DNA of 33,911 nt, taken from assembly GCA_012862495.1 (NCBI GenBank), contig BLSG01000162.1, positions 43,967-77,877 on the forward strand, in the 5' to 3' direction. This DNA is from Thraustochytrium aureum (Eukaryota). Under the pieces are notes generated by a model, which was not told where the DNA came from, did no database searches, and saw only the letters and a list, made by a program, of their open reading frames with translations. Below are positions 30,458 through 33,911 of the stretch, piece after piece. How positions within the stretch are numbered: the first letter of the stretch is position 1; each line of letters begins with the position of its first letter. A program made the translations under genes and the position numbers.

Positions 30458-32942
30458 ATGGAAGAGGCCCTGCACAGGCTCAACGCGTTCCTCGGGCCCA
30501 AAAACGGGGACGCTGCGCGACATGTCGATAATACCCTGGTCCAAGTCGTGCGCGAGCTCGACGCCGAGCAGGCGTTCGAGCTGGTGAGCAGAGAGGTCGC
30601 TGCGCTAGGCAACGTGCTGCGGACGATAAGGAGGGAGTATGACGCGCTTTGCGCGGATAGCACGCTGCGGTTTGAAGACGGCCCAAGGACGCTGCCCATG
30701 AGGCAGGCCGAGGAGCCGCACCTCGACGCCTCGCCGGAGGCCACAGAAAAGGCTGCGGCCGTCCTGCAAGTGAGCGAACCTCGAAAGCGCGGAGGCCTGG
30801 CGGGTCGGTGACGCGGATCGGCGCAAGGACGGCCCAAAGGCCCTGGTCGTGCACGCAGGGAAGGAACGCACGATAAGATCATTGGTGACCGCGCGGCGCG
30901 CCGATCCGCGCAGGCTTGAGTTGCCTGGAGTCGATATTGACTGGGAAAAGGTGCAGCAGTGCTCTGCGACTCTTACTGGCGTCGTCGAAGTCATTCCCTT
31001 GTATACGGAAGCGTTTGAGCGCCTGGCTGTGCAGATTGGGACCGAACGTCCACGGCTGGCCGGCCACTTGCTCGCGGTTTGGAAGGGCCATCTCGAGCTG
31101 CTGCTCCGCGTGGTCGTGCGAAGCAAGAAAGAGGGCGGGCGCGACAAGCGGCGCGTAAATCTAGCGAGCGAGGTCGGGCGGCTCAAGATCAGGGTGGCCG
31201 AGAGCAAGTCGCGCCTCGACGCGGCCCGCGCCGAAGTGGAGCGCATGAGCAAGTCCCGAAACGAGCTTGAAGACCGCCTCATAGCCCAAAGCGACCGTCT
31301 TAACGAGCTCGTGTCGCAGGAGCGGTTGCTGCTCGACCAACAGCTCCGGTCCGAGAACGACCTTACGGTGGCGAGGCTCGCGATCGAGCACGAGCAGAAG
31401 GCCGCCTCGGCGAACGAGGACGAGGCTGAGGCAGCCGAGACTGCCGAGGCCTACGAAGACGCAGACGAGGAGGGTGTCGGGGGGGGCGCGATGGCGCGCG
31501 AGGCGAGGCGCAAGGCCGAGGAACGCCGTCGGCATGGCAAACGCGGCAAGCGACCGAGCGGCATCGCTGAGAGCGTTAGGTCCGAGGGCGCGGAGAGCGA
31601 CGAGGGCGAAGAAGAAGGCGACGAAGGCGAGCGGGGGCGAGAGGACGATTCGAGCGCGAGCGGGCAGGCCGAGAGCGGCGATGGGAGCGACAGCTCGAGC
31701 GATAGCGACGAGAGCCTTGTGGGCGGCGTTAGCTCGTTCTTTCTGACCAACCACTTTGCAGCGACTGCGGGAGAGGACGCGGCCGACGCGGGGCCGAATA
31801 ACGGCCCGTTGGAGGCAACTGAGGCGGGATTGAAGGGCCACAGGCCAGAACCCGCAAGCAAGGGTGAGATGGGCGGGGGCGGCGGAGCAGTTGCCGACAA
31901 CGAGGAGGAGCTCGGGTTTGAAGTGANNNNNNNNNNNNNNNNNNNNNNNNNNNNNNNNNNNNNNNNNNNNNNNNNNNNNNNNNNNNNNNNNNNNNNNNNN
32001 NNNNNNNNNNNNNNNNNNNNNNNNNNNNNNNNNNNNNNNNNNNNNNNNNNNNNNNNNNNNNNNNNNNNNNNNNNNNNNNNNNNNNNNNNNNNNNNNNNNN
32101 NNNNNNNNNNNNNNNNNNNNNNNNNNNNNNNNNNNNNNNNNNNNNNNNNNNNNNNNNNNNNNNNNNNNNNNNNNNNNNNNNNNNNNNNNNNNNNNNNNNN
32201 NNNNNNNNNNNNNNNNNNNNNNNNNNNNNNNNNNNNNNNNNNNNNNNNNNNNNNNNNNNNNNNNNNNNNNNNNNNNNNNNNNNNNNNNNNNNNNNNNNNN
32301 NNNNNNNNNNNNNNNNNNNNNNNNNNNNNNNNNNNNNNNNNNNNNNNNNNNNNNNNNNNNNNNNNNNNNNNNNNNNNNNNNNNNNNNNNNNNNNNNNNNN
32401 NNNNNNNNNNNNNNNNNNNNNNNNNNNNNNNNNNNNNNNNNNNNNNNNNNNNNNNNNNNNNNNNNNNNNNNNNNNNNNNNNNNNNNNNNNNNNNNNNNNN
32501 NNNNNNNNNNNNNNNNNNNNNGAGGATGCTGCCGAGCGCGGCGGAGACCGAAGAGGGCGTGCGCCTGGTGCCTGTGGAGGTCGCTAGAAGCGCCGCAAAG
32601 GCTGCTTGCGCGGCTTCACGGCAGGCTCGGGTCACTGCGGCGGCGGCTGGAGGCCCGGCGGGGGCCGAGGCGTCGAGCGGAGCAGTTGACCAGGGTGCGG
32701 CTGCTGAGCAGGGCGGCGGCGCGGATGGCAATGTGTCGGATGAAGAGGGCGAAGTTGACAAATCGGCCGCCGCCAGCGAGAAGAAGGCGAAGAAGAAGAG
32801 TGGTGGGCTGATTGTTGACGTGTTTGGCGACATTGCCTCTTTGTCGGTGGGAATATCGCAGAGTGCAACTGGGATGGTCTCAGTGGATGACGTGGTTTTG
32901 GTTCTCCTGCAGCACAAGGCGCTCGTTGTGCCGCACAAGTAG
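30458..32942 (+). CDS. Coiled-coil/acidic protein, possibly of the axonemal dynein light chain (p28)/TSNAXIP1-like type; +1 frameshift at 30779-30780; internal gap
   Basis: ATG 30458 (MEEALHRL). AFELVSREVAALGNVLRTIRREYD and LYTEAFERLAVQIGTERPRLAGHLLAVW loosely recall TSNAXIP1_N and Ax_dynein_light helices. Removing one C gives QVSE-LESAEAWRVG. A coiled coil and an E/D/S-rich tract follow; stop TAG 32940-32942. Confidence 0.6.
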
Positions 32943-33358
32943 CTCGCGTGCGTGGAGGATGCTGCAGTTAGTGAGCGAGCGAGTAGCAGTGGCGCGACGG
33001 GGTCTGCGCCGAGCGTAGTGGCCCCCGGCTGAGCCGGGAAGAAACAAACAGGGCCCTTCGCTTCCTCCGTGGCTTTCATTGACGGTAGCAGAGGATCGAT
33101 GGATGCATGCCACTGGGAAGGCCCAAGCTGCCAGTGGATTGGACAGACAATTCGCGGCGTTCCATGCGCGGAGACGCAACCGCAAACGGCTTGACTTGAG
33201 CAAGAGCAAAGGGTTCAAGGTGTCTCGCCGCTTGCAGGTCAACGAACGCCGCGGGCGCGGCAGCCGGGGGCAGCGGAGGGAGCGTCGCAGCCGGAAGGAG
33301 TCATTGTCGCAGAGGGGCGCGAGAGTAGTAAAGAGAGAGCTATTGGTGTTGTTTCTTT

Positions 33359-33895
33359 TTAAGTGCGGAACGACTTGGCGAGCTGTTCGCGCGCGCTGCG
33401 CAGCGCCTCGGAGATTGTAAGCTCGTTGATGGGCGTCTCTGTCGCCGTCGCCCCTTTCATGAGCACGCGGTTTGCAATAGCGATCGGGTCCGACTCGAGG
33501 ATGTGGCCCCCGTCCACGAGCTCATCAGCGGTGAGGAGAACCAGGTCCAGGTTGTCCAGCAGCGTGCGTTTCTCCAAGTGGCTCCGGAGAATCCCGTTTA
33601 GCGCGTCGTACATGGCGTCCAGCACGGACACAAGGATGAGCTCGTTCTCCTCCATGGCGCCAATTACGTAGAACATGACATCGATCCCGGCGCGAAACAC
33701 GCAAACGGTGTTCTCCAGCATCACGATCTCCGCTTCCGACCTCGCTGTCTGCCCGCGCGTCTTCGAAAACAGGTTGCGCTCGAAGGCAAGCTGCACGGAG
33801 GCTTCCTTCAGCTCCTTCGCAAAGTACTTTGCATGAACGCGCGACCCGTCATTGCAGTCCAAGATCAGCAGCCCCTTCACCTTTGGCGTCGCCAT
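33359..33895 (-). CDS. COPZ: Coatomer subunit zeta (zeta-COP)
   Basis: VKGLLILDCNDGSRVHAKYF, QLAFERNLFSKT, ENELILVSVLD, EKRTLLDNLDLVLLTADELVDGGHILESDP..IANRV; intact 178-aa intronless ORF. Confidence 0.97.
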   Translation of the reverse strand: MATPKVKGLLILDCNDGSRVHAKYFAKELKEASVQLAFERNLFSKTRGQTARSEAEIVMLENTVCVFRAGIDVMFYVIGAMEENELILVSVLDAMYDALNGILRSHLEKRTLLDNLDLVLLTADELVDGGHILESDPIAIANRVLMKGATATETPINELTISEALRSAREQLAKSFRT

Positions 33896-33911
33896 CCTCA
33901 GACCAGGACGC

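Noticed and set aside
30770..30863. Intron starting GTGAGC to join the 30356 and 30849 ORFs
   Set aside because: The first good CAG acceptor (30856-30858) is out of phase and there is no clear branch site. The interval reads as plausible protein (LESAEAWRVGDADRRK) after a one-base correction.
92..33671. Numerous long antisense or alternate-frame ORFs, and ORFs spanning N gaps (e.g. 18003-19007, 26800-27663, 31451-33079, 5894-7654 as a whole)
   Set aside because: These are shadow ORFs expected in high-GC coding DNA, or artefacts of translating through Ns.

Overview
GC-rich, gene-dense, intron-poor eukaryotic genomic scaffold with many N gaps. It is probably a flagellated protist such as a stramenopile, which is inferred from gene content and not proven. 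In order it contains: a very divergent Aquarius-like spliceosomal helicase gene (-, runs off the left edge); mitochondrial SDH4/CybS (+, one intron); ATG12 (-); and a tandem array of four DFR/CCR/GRE2-like extended SDR reductases (+), with a decayed RLE-type non-LTR retrotransposon fragment and a 20-bp minisatellite between copies 2 and 3. These are followed by a TTP/ZFP36-type tandem CCCH zinc-finger gene (+); a PP2C-2x cNMP-binding-pseudokinase fusion (-); a giant (>2300 aa) gene combining a non-catalytic alpha/beta-hydrolase-like domain, coiled coils and IQ motifs (+); a DUF4246-like pseudogene (-); an RNI-type LRR gene (+); a coiled-coil/acidic gene of possible axonemal type (+); and zeta-COP (-). 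About nine single-base frameshifts interrupt otherwise intact genes. Eight are +1 and sit at short homopolymers, so they are most likely sequencing errors. No prokaryotic-type systems (CRISPR etc.) are seen. Family assignments are from motif recognition only; no searches were run.
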